The translations under genes and the position numbers were made by a program. The notes under the pieces are model-generated. The model saw nothing but the letters and a program-made list of their open reading frames with translations. It was not told the DNA's origin and made no database searches. A stretch of 64,000 bases of DNA. Source: Chloroflexota bacterium (GTDB lineage: Bacteria; Chloroflexota; Limnocylindria; P2-11E). This document shows, one piece after another, positions 1 to 9,040 of the stretch (position 1 is the first letter of the stretch; each line of letters begins with the position of its first letter). The stretch is from positions 31,573 through 95,572 of the forward strand of contig JBBPIP010000003.1 in assembly GCA_038040265.1 (NCBI GenBank), in the 5' to 3' direction.

Positions 1-175
1 ATTCGTTGAACGTATCCATGGCTTGGCGGGCATCGGTGATCGCTTTGACCTCGTGGCCGGCTTCCTCCAGCACGGTACCGACGAGGCGAGCGACATCTCG
101 ATCGTCGTCGACAATGAGGATTCGCCCGCCCAGCGCATCGCGTCGTGGGGAGGGGGCGGTTTCTTGCTCGAGCAT
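1..175 (-). CDS. response regulator, receiver domain (N-terminal part only; gene runs off the left edge)
   Basis: Reverse translation from ATG at 175 gives MLEQETAPSPRRDALGGRILIVDDDRDVARLVGTVLEEAGHEVKAITDARQAMDTFNE, a CheY-like start with ILIVDDD. It is absent from the ORF track because it is truncated. Confidence 0.7.
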   Translation of the reverse strand, partial: MLEQETAPSPRRDALGGRILIVDDDRDVARLVGTVLEEAGHEVKAITDARQAMDTFNE

Positions 176-187
176 CTGTAACGAAAG

Positions 188-206
188 ACGGCAATAAACG
201 TGCCGT
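188..206 (-). terminator. candidate hairpin terminator after the 254..1138 gene
   Basis: ACGGCA-ataaacg-TGCCGT inverted repeat in a locally AT-rich patch. On the minus strand it is followed by CTTTCGTT. Confidence 0.35.
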
Positions 207-253
207 TTGTGACGGCGAGCGCCCGCTCGTATGGGAGCACTCACAGCACACGG

Positions 254-1138
254 CTAGACGAGCGCTGTATTCACCTGGATTAGCCTCTCGGCGAGCCATG
301 CGCTCTTTGCCCCGACATCGTCTGGCCAGGGCGTGAAAAAGAGGCGATCGGTCTCGTCTTCGATCTTCTGGCGCGCGGCGGCGCCCCGAGAGGTCGCCTT
401 CAGGTCATCGGCCTCGACAAGGCCGTCCCTCCGGAGGCGGGCGAGGGCGGCGCTGATGTCCTCGGCGCGCTGGTGCGGCACCAGGTCCGCGAGGGCGGCT
501 TCGTCAGCGGCCTCCTCGCGCCACAGTCTCGTGAGCAACTCGATCTCCGGCCCAGAGAGGTCCGAGGCGCGCCACGCCGCCATATGGCAGTCGTCGCGCA
601 CCTGCCAGAGGCCATAGACCGCGGCGTCGAGCTGGGCGAACGATCCCGCCGGCGGATCGTCGGCGCGATAGACGAACGCGAACGGCGTGTGCTGCCGTGT
701 TGAGGGCTCGGACGCCTTGGCGGCGGCGAGGAACGCCCGATCCAACAGGCGTGCGAGCTCGGCGAGCTCTTCTTTGGGGAGGGGACTCTGCGTCGCGTAG
801 TGCGCTCGAGCCGCCTCGTGCATCGCCGCGGCAAGCCCGCGGCCGTTCTCGGTGAGGTACCAACGGCCGCTCCGCTCCTCGGCGAGGCCGGCCCCGCGCA
901 CGGCGGCCGCCATCGGGAGCCAGCGCCCCTGGATGGTGCCGTAGACGCTCGTGAGGTCGCCAGGTTCGGCGCTCGCGCCGCGGTCTCCCCGGTAGGACAG
1001 GTTGATCGCCCAGACGAAAGCGGGCCGGTCCAGTCCGAGCTCCTCCGTCTTCTGGAGCGGAAAGGTCATCTTCGCGCGTCGCTTGGTCAGGAAAAGGGGA
1101 AGAAGCGGTGGGATCTCGACTGGGTATGGCTGCCTCAC
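254..1138 (-). CDS. hypothetical protein with a C-terminal MarR-like winged-helix region
   Basis: 294-aa ORF with ordinary residue composition. The C-terminal part (ISAALARLRRDGLVEADD...) looks like a wHTH. The start could be GTG 1138 or ATG 1069 (MTFPLQK). Confidence 0.55.
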   Translation of the reverse strand: MRQPYPVEIPPLLPLFLTKRRAKMTFPLQKTEELGLDRPAFVWAINLSYRGDRGASAEPGDLTSVYGTIQGRWLPMAAAVRGAGLAEERSGRWYLTENGRGLAAAMHEAARAHYATQSPLPKEELAELARLLDRAFLAAAKASEPSTRQHTPFAFVYRADDPPAGSFAQLDAAVYGLWQVRDDCHMAAWRASDLSGPEIELLTRLWREEAADEAALADLVPHQRAEDISAALARLRRDGLVEADDLKATSRGAAARQKIEDETDRLFFTPWPDDVGAKSAWLAERLIQVNTALV

Positions 1139-1159
1139 CCGGCCATTCTGCCCAAACTC

Positions 1160-1528
1160 CTAGCGCGCTGAGCTTTGCTGCTCGCGCTCGGCGTCCTCGA
1201 CGCAATAGGGGGTCTCCGGCACGAGCTCGAGCCGGGCTGCGGGGATCTCTTTTCCGCAGATGACGCAGCGACCGTATTCGCCGCGCTCGAGTCGGCGGAG
1301 CGCCTCATCGATGAGGCCGATACGGGCTTCGAACATCGTTTGCCGCGCGAGGTCGAGCTCCCGGGCCTCCGTCTCGCTTGCCACGTCCGCCGGGTGCTGG
1401 TCGGCGAGCGCGATGTCGCCACCGCTATCGCGCTGGGATACGGCAAGGCGCTCTTTGATTCGTTCGACCGTCGCCTCCAGGTCGGCACGTCCGCGGTCGA
1501 GTCGCTCGCGCATCGCCTGTGAGTCCAT
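1160..1528 (-). CDS. TraR/DksA family zinc-finger protein
   Basis: Internal ATG at 1528 of ORF 1160..1846. Sequence runs MDSQAMRERLDRGRADLEATVERIKERL...GRCVICGKEIPAARLELVPETPYCVEDAE, i.e. a coiled coil followed by a CxxC...C finger. Confidence 0.85.
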   Translation of the reverse strand: MDSQAMRERLDRGRADLEATVERIKERLAVSQRDSGGDIALADQHPADVASETEARELDLARQTMFEARIGLIDEALRRLERGEYGRCVICGKEIPAARLELVPETPYCVEDAEREQQSSAR

Positions 1529-1874
1529 GTCGCCTCCCGTGCGCCAGAATTGCCGCGTGCTGCCACAGGACGTCAGCAAGCAGCGTTCCGACCTGCATCT
1601 TCTCGACGTCCGCGAGCAGGACGAATGGGATGCCGGACATATCGAGGGTGCGCAGCACATCCCGCTCGGCGAGCTCGGCGCACGCCTGGCCGAGGTGCCG
1701 AGGGAGCAGGTGGTCGTTGCGGTGTGCCGCAGCGGCTCGCGAAGCGATCGCGCCGCCAAAGGTCTGCGCCTGAGTGGGTTCAAGGCCGAGAACCTCGATG
1801 GTGGCGTGACAGCGTGGACGCGCGCCGGTCTCTCTCTGGTCGCCAAAGGCGGCGTGCCCGGGCGCGTTATCTAA
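1527..1874 (+). CDS. single-domain rhodanese-like sulfurtransferase
   Basis: The tail of ORF 1260..1874 reads LLDVREQDEWDAGHIEGAQHIPLGEL...VVAVCRSGSRSDRAA, which contains a CRSGSRS active-site loop. ATG 1527 is in frame. The start is uncertain. Confidence 0.75.
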   Translation: MSPPVRQNCRVLPQDVSKQRSDLHLLDVREQDEWDAGHIEGAQHIPLGELGARLAEVPREQVVVAVCRSGSRSDRAAKGLRLSGFKAENLDGGVTAWTRAGLSLVAKGGVPGRVI

Positions 1875-1879
1875 GGAGC

Positions 1880-3112
1880 TTGTCTCAGCTCGCCTGGCTC
1901 TCGACCGACGGCAAGAAGCTTCTCGTCACGCGCATCCTGCGTACGTTCGCGTACGGCTACCTCACGGTCGTCATCGCGCTCTACCTCGCGGAGCTCGGCC
2001 TGGATACGATCCAGGTCGGCCTGGTTCTCTCCGCGGCGATCCTGGGCTCGGCCCTGATGACGGTGCTGTGGGCCCTCGCCGCGGATCGTTTCGGGAGGCG
2101 CCGCACTGTTGCGACGATGGCCGTGCTCATGATCGCGGGCGGGCTGCTCTTCGCCTTCGGCTCGAGCTTTTGGGTGCTCCTTCTTGGTGCGTTCACCGGC
2201 ACCATCTCCGCGACGAGCTCGGAAGTGGGCGCGTTCCTCACCGTCGAGCAGGCGATTCTCCCGCAGACCGCGCCGCCCGAGCGCCGCACGTGGCTCTTCT
2301 CCATCTACGCGTTCGTCGCGAACATCGCCCAGGCGGCGGGGTCGCTCTTCGCCGGTGTGGTCGGGGCCTTTGCCGCGCTCGGTCTGAGCGGCGCGGACGC
2401 GTACCGTCCCCTCTTCGTCATCTACGCCGTCGTCGGTCTGCTCAACCTCGTCATCTTTCTGAGCCTTTCGGAGAAAGTCGAAGCCGCACGCGTCGAAGGG
2501 GCGCGGCGTTTCCTCGGGGTGCATCGTTCCGCCGGTACGGTCGCGCGACTGAGCGCGCTCTTCGGCCTCGACGCGTTCGCGGGCGGCCTCGTCGTGCAGT
2601 CGCTCGTCGCCTACTGGTTCTTCATTCGCTGGGGCTTCGAACCAGGCCAGCTCGCCGTCCTCTTTTTCTTCGTGAACATCCTCTCGGGCATCTCGCTTTT
2701 GGCCGCGGGCTGGCTCGCGAGTCGCATCGGTCTCATCAACACAATGGTCTTCACCCATCTGCCTTCGAACGTCCTGCTCCTGCTCGTTCCCCTCATGCCG
2801 ACGGGCGCCCTCGCGGCCGCGGTGTTCCTCGCGCGAATGAGCATCTCGCAGATGGACGTGCCGACGCGGCAGTCCTACACGATGGCCGTCGTCGATCCGG
2901 ATGAGCGCACCGCCACCGCCGGTCTCACCAATGTCGCCCGCAACGTGGCCACCGCACTCTCGCCGACGGTGACCGGGTGGGCGTTCAATGTCGCCGCACT
3001 CGGGCTCCCTTTCTTCGTCGCGGGCGGCATCAAGATCGTGTACGACCTTCTCGTGTTCTTCTCGTTCCGCGGGCTGCGGCCGCCCGAGGAAGGTCCGTCG
3101 GACGGGAGCTGA
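1880..3112 (+). CDS. MFS transporter
   Basis: The real part of ORF 1550..3112 begins near TTG 1880, just after AAGGAG. It has about 12 hydrophobic helices and a DRFGRRR loop motif. The start is approximate. Confidence 0.8.
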   Translation: MSQLAWLSTDGKKLLVTRILRTFAYGYLTVVIALYLAELGLDTIQVGLVLSAAILGSALMTVLWALAADRFGRRRTVATMAVLMIAGGLLFAFGSSFWVLLLGAFTGTISATSSEVGAFLTVEQAILPQTAPPERRTWLFSIYAFVANIAQAAGSLFAGVVGAFAALGLSGADAYRPLFVIYAVVGLLNLVIFLSLSEKVEAARVEGARRFLGVHRSAGTVARLSALFGLDAFAGGLVVQSLVAYWFFIRWGFEPGQLAVLFFFVNILSGISLLAAGWLASRIGLINTMVFTHLPSNVLLLLVPLMPTGALAAAVFLARMSISQMDVPTRQSYTMAVVDPDERTATAGLTNVARNVATALSPTVTGWAFNVAALGLPFFVAGGIKIVYDLLVFFSFRGLRPPEEGPSDGS

Positions 3113-3189
3113 GCGACCGGGAACGCCGCTACCCTAGGCGCATAGCCGAGCAGAGCACCTCCGACACGCGCCATCTCGACCGCGATTGG

Positions 3190-3921
3190 CTGCGCCAACA
3201 TCTCGCGGACGAACGACGTGAGTCCGACCTTCTCGGAGAGATCCGCGAGGCGCTCTTCGGACTGCAGGACGGGTTGGTGAGCACGCTCGCCGTAGTCAGC
3301 ACTGTCGGCGGCGCGACGGGAGAGCGATACCCAATCGTCGTCGCGGGGATCGCTTCCGCCCTGGCGGGTATCTTCTCGATGGCGGCCGGTGAATACCTTT
3401 CCTCGAAAAGCCAGCGCGAGATCTATCTGGCCCAGATCGACAACGAGCGCGATGAGGTGCGAGAACGACCCGACGAGGCGGAGGCGGAGGTCGCCTTTCT
3501 CCTCGAGTCCGAGGGCCTTCCGGCCGAGGCCGCACGCCGTGTGGCCGCCGAGCTCGCGCGCGAGCCAAAGGTCCTTCTGAAGACGATGGTGGAGAAGGAG
3601 CTCGGCCTGGTGGTCGACGAGGGCCACGGCCCGCTGCAGGGCGCGATCATCATGGGCGCGTCGTTCGGCCTGGCATCGCTCGTCCCGATCGTGCCGTACC
3701 TGCTGCTGCCGCCCGCGGGGGGTGCGATTTGGGTCTCGCTGATCCTCTCGGGGCTGGTCGTTTTCGGGATCGGTGTCGTCAAAGCGCGATGGACCAAGCG
3801 CAACCCGATCGGCTCCGGCCTCGAGGTCCTGGCCCTCGCCGCGTTCGGCGGGATCGCTGGCTACTTCTTCGGTTCACTTCTGCCTGGGCTCCTCGGGGTC
3901 GCCGGGATCAGCGCGATCTAG
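3190..3921 (+). CDS. VIT1/CCC1 family iron/manganese transporter
   Basis: The sequence reads FGLQDGLVSTLAVVSTVGG...AAGEYLSSKSQRE...C-terminal TM helices. No ATG, GTG or TTG lies upstream of the conserved N-terminus after the MFS stop. CTG 3190 is only a guess. Confidence 0.7.
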   Translation: MRQHLADERRESDLLGEIREALFGLQDGLVSTLAVVSTVGGATGERYPIVVAGIASALAGIFSMAAGEYLSSKSQREIYLAQIDNERDEVRERPDEAEAEVAFLLESEGLPAEAARRVAAELAREPKVLLKTMVEKELGLVVDEGHGPLQGAIIMGASFGLASLVPIVPYLLLPPAGGAIWVSLILSGLVVFGIGVVKARWTKRNPIGSGLEVLALAAFGGIAGYFFGSLLPGLLGVAGISAI

Positions 3922-3936
3922 ATCAATCTCTCGGCT

Positions 3937-4025
3937 CAGGGGCAGGGGCCCCTGGGCGCGAAGCGACCGAGGAGACACGCTCAAGGCTGGAGCAGGGGCA
4001 GGGGCCCCTGGGCGCATAGCGACCG
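3937..4025. repeat. two direct copies of a 33-nt GC-rich element, period 56 nt
   Basis: CAGGGGCAGGGGCCCCTGGGCGC-nn-AGCGACCG occurs at 3937..3969 and at 3993..4025. Each copy contains the perfect palindrome CAGGGGCCCCTG. Confidence 0.8.
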
Positions 4026-4098
4026 CTCGTCGCGGGTAAACCGCTCCTCGCTCGGCCTGCTCTCGCCGCCCGAGAACGCGCGCTAGAGTGCGCGCGAG

Positions 4099-5448
4099 TT
4101 GCTGATCGAGCAGTTCTTCGACGCGGGCCTGGGGCATGCGAGCTATCTCGTCGCGGACCCCGATGCGGGTGTCGCGTTCCTCGTCGACCCCGACCGGAAC
4201 CTCGACACGTATCTCGCGGCGGCCGCGCGTCTCGGGGTCCTGATCACAGACTCGTTCGAGACGCACGTCCACAACGACTACGTCTCAGGGTCCCGCGCCC
4301 TCGCCGACCTTCGCCCGATCACGGTGCACGCCGGACAGAATGCGGAACTCGCGTACCCACACGCTTCGCACGCGGACGGCGAGGTCATACAGGTCGGCGA
4401 GCTCGCGGTGCGTTGCGTAGCGACGCCCGGTCACACCCCCGAGCACGTCGCTTATCTCGTCGCCGATCTGCGTCGATCCGACGATCCGCAGTACCTCTTC
4501 TCGGGCGGCGCGCTCCTCGTGGGGCAGATCGCGCGCGTCGACCTTCTCGGTCCCAAGCTCGAGGAGGAGCTCGCGCGATCGGCCTACGACACACTTCGCG
4601 ATCGCGTTCTGCCGCTCGCCGACTACGTCGCGGTCTTTCCGACGCACGGCGGCGGCAGCGCGTGCTCAGCCGAGGTCGCAGGCTCGCGCTGGACCACGCT
4701 CGGATTCGAGCGACGTCACAACCGCGTCGCGCGTTCGGCCGCGGGCGATTATCCGGCGTTTCGAGCGACGATCGACGAGGGGTTGCCGATCGCACCCGCT
4801 TACTACCCTCATGTCCGCGCGCTCAACGCGCGCGGCGCGCCGATCCATCCGCGCGCTCCATTGCCCTTCTTACGGGAGATTCCTCGGGGCGCGGTACGCA
4901 TCGACCCGCGGCCGCCGCACGTGTACGGGCCGGGCCATCGACCCGACGCGCTCAACGTGGTCGCGAACGATTCCTTCGCGGCGCGAGTCGGAGCAGCGGT
5001 AGCGTTCGGGTCGCCCATCGTCATCCTCACAGTCGACGCCGAACAGGCCGAGCGGCTCCGCCAACAGCTCTCGGTCATCGGCTATGACGACGTCCGTGGT
5101 TATGCCTCTCCCGATCCGGCACCCGGTGAGGAGTCGCGGCGCATCGAGCAGCTCGATCCTCGAGCGGCCGCCGCACGCGCAGCCGAGGGCGCACTTCTCC
5201 TCGACGTTCGCGAGATGTCTGAATGGAATTCGGGTCACGCGCCAGACGCGGTTCACATTCCATACGAGCAGCTTCGCGAACGCGCGCACGAGATCACTGT
5301 CGACCGTCCGGTCGTCACCTACTGCGCCAGTGGCGTCCGCTCGAGCCTTGCGTCGAGCATGCTCGAGGCGTCAGGGCACGACGTTGCGAATCTCCGCGGT
5401 GGGTTCACCGCCTGGCGCAACGCTGGACTTTCGATAGCCGAGAAATAA
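4099..5448 (+). CDS. MBL-fold hydrolase fused to two rhodanese domains (CstB-like persulfide dioxygenase-sulfurtransferase architecture)
   Basis: TTG start. It has the metal motif THVHNDY and TPGHTPEH. The C-terminal rhodanese carries the active loop YCASGVRSS. Confidence 0.85.
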   Translation: MLIEQFFDAGLGHASYLVADPDAGVAFLVDPDRNLDTYLAAAARLGVLITDSFETHVHNDYVSGSRALADLRPITVHAGQNAELAYPHASHADGEVIQVGELAVRCVATPGHTPEHVAYLVADLRRSDDPQYLFSGGALLVGQIARVDLLGPKLEEELARSAYDTLRDRVLPLADYVAVFPTHGGGSACSAEVAGSRWTTLGFERRHNRVARSAAGDYPAFRATIDEGLPIAPAYYPHVRALNARGAPIHPRAPLPFLREIPRGAVRIDPRPPHVYGPGHRPDALNVVANDSFAARVGAAVAFGSPIVILTVDAEQAERLRQQLSVIGYDDVRGYASPDPAPGEESRRIEQLDPRAAAARAAEGALLLDVREMSEWNSGHAPDAVHIPYEQLRERAHEITVDRPVVTYCASGVRSSLASSMLEASGHDVANLRGGFTAWRNAGLSIAEK

Positions 5449-5562
5449 CGCCGCCAAAGGCATATTTCCTGCTCGATCGGTGGGCGTGGCGATTCAACCG
5501 GGGTTCTTTCTCTAGGTAACGCGTTGCCAAGCAAGGAACCGCTATCACCGCAGAATGGTCGT

Positions 5563-6768
5563 ATGCGTATCGCTTTCGTCGCCTCCGCCGTTCCTCGACG
5601 CTGCGGGATCGCCACTTTCACCGCCGACTTGATGGCGGCTGTAAAGGCGGCCGACCCAGCGGTCCGTTGTGTCGCTGCCGCGATCGACGAACCGAACACA
5701 GCGCGCCCGTACGGCCCGGACGTTCGGTGGCGCATCAAGCAGGGCGACAAGGAGAGCTACCGGGCCGCGGCGCGCGCGATCAATGAGTCATCCGTCGACG
5801 TCGTTAACCTCCAGCACGAGTTCGGTCTCTATGGAATCTGGCGTGACGGGATCTACGAGGATCACGCCGTGCCGTTCCTCGAGGAGCTCAAGAAGCCCGT
5901 GATCACGACCCTCCACACCGTTCTTCCGAAGCCCGAGCCCGAGATCCGTGAGGTCGTGCGTCGCATCGCGGCGCGCAGCACGAGCGTGGTCGTCATGGCG
6001 GAGACCGCGGCCCGGCTCCTGGCCGATGTCTACGGCATTGCGCAGCGCCCGGTGGTCATCCAACACGGAATGCCGGCGATCGTCCCGCGTGGACGGCATC
6101 GGCTGAAGCGCCAGCTCGGCGTGGAGCACCGCACGATCCTCTCGACCTTCGGTCTCGTCGATCCGCGGAAGGGCCTCGAGTACATGATCGCGGCGATGCC
6201 CGAGATCGTTGCCCGCCATCCCAACGCTCTCTACTTGATCGTCGGGCAAACGCATCCCGAGCTTCTGAAGAAGGCCGGCGAGCAATATCGGAACGAGCTC
6301 GTCAGCAATATCGAGAGCTCGGGCATGTCCGATCATGTGCGCTTCGTGAATCAATACCTGACGCAGCGCGAGATCGTCGACTACCTGCTCGCGACGGACG
6401 TCTACGTGACGCCGTACCTCGACCTCAACCAGATCACGAGCGGCACGCTCGCGTACGCGCTCGGCGCCGGCAAGGCGATCGTGTCGACGCGCTATCTCCA
6501 CGCCGCCGAGGCGCTCGCCGACGGGCGAGGCCTCCTCGTCGACGTCCGCGATCCGGCCGGGCTCGCGCGCGCGGTGCTCGCGATCCTTGACGATCCGACT
6601 CTCAAGGGTGAGCTCGAGCGGCGCGCGTACGACTACGGCAAAGAGATGGCGTGGCCGAATGTGGGCCGACGCGTGCTCGCGCTCAGCCGCGAGCTCCTGG
6701 AGCCTTCGACGGCGGTGAGTACCGTCGAGGAGCCGATCGTAGACACAGAGACCATTCCGAGCGCATGA
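5563..6768 (+). CDS. glycosyltransferase family 4 (GT-B, group 1)
   Basis: ATG 5563 (MRIAFVAS...) lies within ORF 5524..6768. The layout is typical GT4. The stop overlaps the next start (ATGA at 6765). Confidence 0.85.
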   Translation: MRIAFVASAVPRRCGIATFTADLMAAVKAADPAVRCVAAAIDEPNTARPYGPDVRWRIKQGDKESYRAAARAINESSVDVVNLQHEFGLYGIWRDGIYEDHAVPFLEELKKPVITTLHTVLPKPEPEIREVVRRIAARSTSVVVMAETAARLLADVYGIAQRPVVIQHGMPAIVPRGRHRLKRQLGVEHRTILSTFGLVDPRKGLEYMIAAMPEIVARHPNALYLIVGQTHPELLKKAGEQYRNELVSNIESSGMSDHVRFVNQYLTQREIVDYLLATDVYVTPYLDLNQITSGTLAYALGAGKAIVSTRYLHAAEALADGRGLLVDVRDPAGLARAVLAILDDPTLKGELERRAYDYGKEMAWPNVGRRVLALSRELLEPSTAVSTVEEPIVDTETIPSA

Positions 6769-7979
6769 CGACACTTCGCGTAGATCGCACGACCGGGCTC
6801 GGTCGCCGCCTCGAGCAGAACCCGCTCATCACGTCGAAGGACGTGAAGCCCTCTCTCCCAGAGCTCGAGGTTGTCTCCGTCTTCAACGCTGCGACCGCGC
6901 AGCTGGGCGGCGAGATCATCCTTCTGCTCCGGATCGCGGAGCGACCGCGGAGCGACATCGATCCGCCGCCCGATGCGATGACCCTCGACCTCGACGGATC
7001 GCATCCCGTGCTGCGGCCTCTCCCGAAGGGGTACACCAAACACGACGTCATCGGGATGTGTTTCTTGGACACGAGCGGGGGAACGCCGCGCGTCGTCGTC
7101 GCATACATTCCGAAAAACCTGCCGGGGCTCGATCTTCGAGACCCGAGGTCGATCCGGTACCGGAACAGCACGGGGGTACTCGGCGTGACGAACGAGGGAT
7201 ACACCGATTACCTCGCGCAGATGAGCCACCTCCGGCTCGCCCGTAGCCGCGACGGGATCAAGTTCCAGATCGATGACCGCCCGGCGATCTCTCCGGAGCA
7301 CGACATCGAGGAGTACGGGGTCGAGGACCCGCGCATCACGCTGATCGATGGGACCTTTTACATCACGTACGTGTCGGTCTCCCGCTGGGGCATCACGACG
7401 AGTCTCGCGACGACGCGAGACTTCAAGTCGTACGAACGCCGCGGCGTCATCTTCCTTCCGGATCACAAAGACGTGGTCATCTTCCCGGAACGCATCAACG
7501 GCCAGTACGTCGCGCTGACGCGCCCGATGCCGCAGTCGTTCAGCCGGATCTTCGGCATCTGGATCGCGTTCTCAGACGAGCTCACTGAGTGGGGCGGCCA
7601 CGAGACGCTCGCGCTTCCCCGATGGGATCACTGGGACGAGCTGCGCACCGGCGGGTCGGCAGTGCCGTTCAAGACCAAGGAGGGCTGGCTGGAGCTCTAT
7701 CACGGCGTGAACCGCAATCACCGCTACGCGATGGGCGGTCTGCTCCTCGACGCGGACGACCCGCGCAAGGTGCTGGCCCGGTCTCCCGCGCCGATCCTGG
7801 CCCCCGGCGCGACATACGAACGGCTCGGCCTGTTCAACGACACGATCTTCTCGTGCGGTGTCGTCCATCTCGACGACGACACGATCCGGATGTACTACGG
7901 AGCCGCGGACTCGTGTATCGCGGCGGCCGACTTTTCGGTCAAAGAGATCATCGCGAGCCTGGAGCCCTGGCCGCGATGA
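6765..7979 (+). CDS. GH130 family glycoside (beta-mannoside) phosphorylase-like protein
   Basis: MTTLRVDR...GVEDPRITLIDGTFYITY...LYHGV...MYYGAAD are GH130/DUF377 hallmarks. ATGA overlaps occur at both ends. Confidence 0.85.
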   Translation: MTTLRVDRTTGLGRRLEQNPLITSKDVKPSLPELEVVSVFNAATAQLGGEIILLLRIAERPRSDIDPPPDAMTLDLDGSHPVLRPLPKGYTKHDVIGMCFLDTSGGTPRVVVAYIPKNLPGLDLRDPRSIRYRNSTGVLGVTNEGYTDYLAQMSHLRLARSRDGIKFQIDDRPAISPEHDIEEYGVEDPRITLIDGTFYITYVSVSRWGITTSLATTRDFKSYERRGVIFLPDHKDVVIFPERINGQYVALTRPMPQSFSRIFGIWIAFSDELTEWGGHETLALPRWDHWDELRTGGSAVPFKTKEGWLELYHGVNRNHRYAMGGLLLDADDPRKVLARSPAPILAPGATYERLGLFNDTIFSCGVVHLDDDTIRMYYGAADSCIAAADFSVKEIIASLEPWPR

Positions 7980-9040
7980 TCAGGCAACTGGCCCGGCTGA
8001 CTCGGCGTGTTCCCGCGGCCGGACCGCGTGCCCTGGCGCTCCGTGTGTACGCCAACGACGAAGACCATGGCCTCGCGGCGCGCGACCAGGGCTTCGAAGG
8101 CGTCGCCTGCGTCGATGACGCCGCGCGCGCGGTCGTGCTCCTTCTCGATCTCTACCGCGACACGGGCGATCGCCGACTCGGAGAGTGGGCGAGAGGCCTC
8201 GTCGACTTCGTGCTTTACATGCAGCGAGAGGACGGTCGTTTCCACAACTTCATCCGCGACTGGGACGGCACCATCAACACCGACGGCCCGACCTCGTACG
8301 CCGGAGGCACCTTCTGGCAGGCGCGAGCCGTGCGCGCGCTCGCGAAAGCACACCTCGTCCTCCGCGACCCGCGGGTCGCCGTGCCGCTCGCACGCGGGTT
8401 CGCCTTCGCGACGGAAAATCCCGCGCCGCCTGACGTGCGGACCATTCACGTGCTCGCCGCCCTCGACCTCATGCGGGTCGGACTGACACTCGTCCTACGC
8501 GAGACGCTCGAGCGCTGGTGCGACGAGATCGCCAACTGCCGCGAGGGCGGCGTGCTGCTGAATTCCCCTGCCGAGACGGCGCCCCCGCACCTCTGGGGTC
8601 ACGTCCACGAGGGCGTCCTAGCCGAGGCCGCGCCGCTCCTCGATCGGCCGGATCTCCTGGATCTCGCGCGGCAGAGCGCGAACTCGTTCCTTGTGCCGCA
8701 GATCGAGCGTGCGTTTCCTCAGGCCACCGTTCAGCCGTATGGTGTCGCCGCCGCCGTCTACGCGATGGACCGTCTCTATCAGGCGACCGGAGAGGCCGCG
8801 TATGCGAGCTGGCGCGATCAAGCGCGCGCGTGGTTCGACGGCCGGAACAGTGCGTCGCTGCCGGTCTACGACCGCGTTCACGGACGCGTCCACGACGGGA
8901 TCGACGACGGTCGGCTGAATTTTCACTCTGGCGCGGAGTCGAACATCGTCGGGGCGCAGGCCCTTCTCCCTGATGTAGCTGCGCGGGTGGGTGAGCTTCT
9001 CGACGAAGTCGGCGATCGTCTCGAGGTCGAAGCCGCCTAG
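7976..9040 (+). CDS. hypothetical protein, probably an alpha/alpha-toroid (six-hairpin glycosidase-like) fold
   Basis: ATG 7976 overlaps the GH130 stop. The 354-aa helix-rich sequence has W/Y-rich repeats. The function could not be recognised. Confidence 0.65.
   Translation: MIRQLARLTRRVPAAGPRALALRVYANDEDHGLAARDQGFEGVACVDDAARAVVLLLDLYRDTGDRRLGEWARGLVDFVLYMQREDGRFHNFIRDWDGTINTDGPTSYAGGTFWQARAVRALAKAHLVLRDPRVAVPLARGFAFATENPAPPDVRTIHVLAALDLMRVGLTLVLRETLERWCDEIANCREGGVLLNSPAETAPPHLWGHVHEGVLAEAAPLLDRPDLLDLARQSANSFLVPQIERAFPQATVQPYGVAAAVYAMDRLYQATGEAAYASWRDQARAWFDGRNSASLPVYDRVHGRVHDGIDDGRLNFHSGAESNIVGAQALLPDVAARVGELLDEVGDRLEVEAA

Noticed and set aside
1871-2758. 295-aa minus-strand ORF antisense to the MFS transporter
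   Set aside because: It is extremely Arg/Glu/Asp/Pro-rich with no motifs, and it is a mirror of a convincing transporter on the other strand. This is the typical GC3 shadow ORF.
3937-4025. Direct repeats considered as a mini-CRISPR array
   Set aside because: There are only two copies and the spacer is 23 nt. No cas genes are present and no further repeats occur. A hairpin or operator element is a better description.
5788-6774. 328-aa minus-strand ORF antisense to the GT4 gene
   Set aside because: It is a shadow ORF with low-complexity R/D/E/L composition. The plus-strand product has clear GT4 features and operon coupling.
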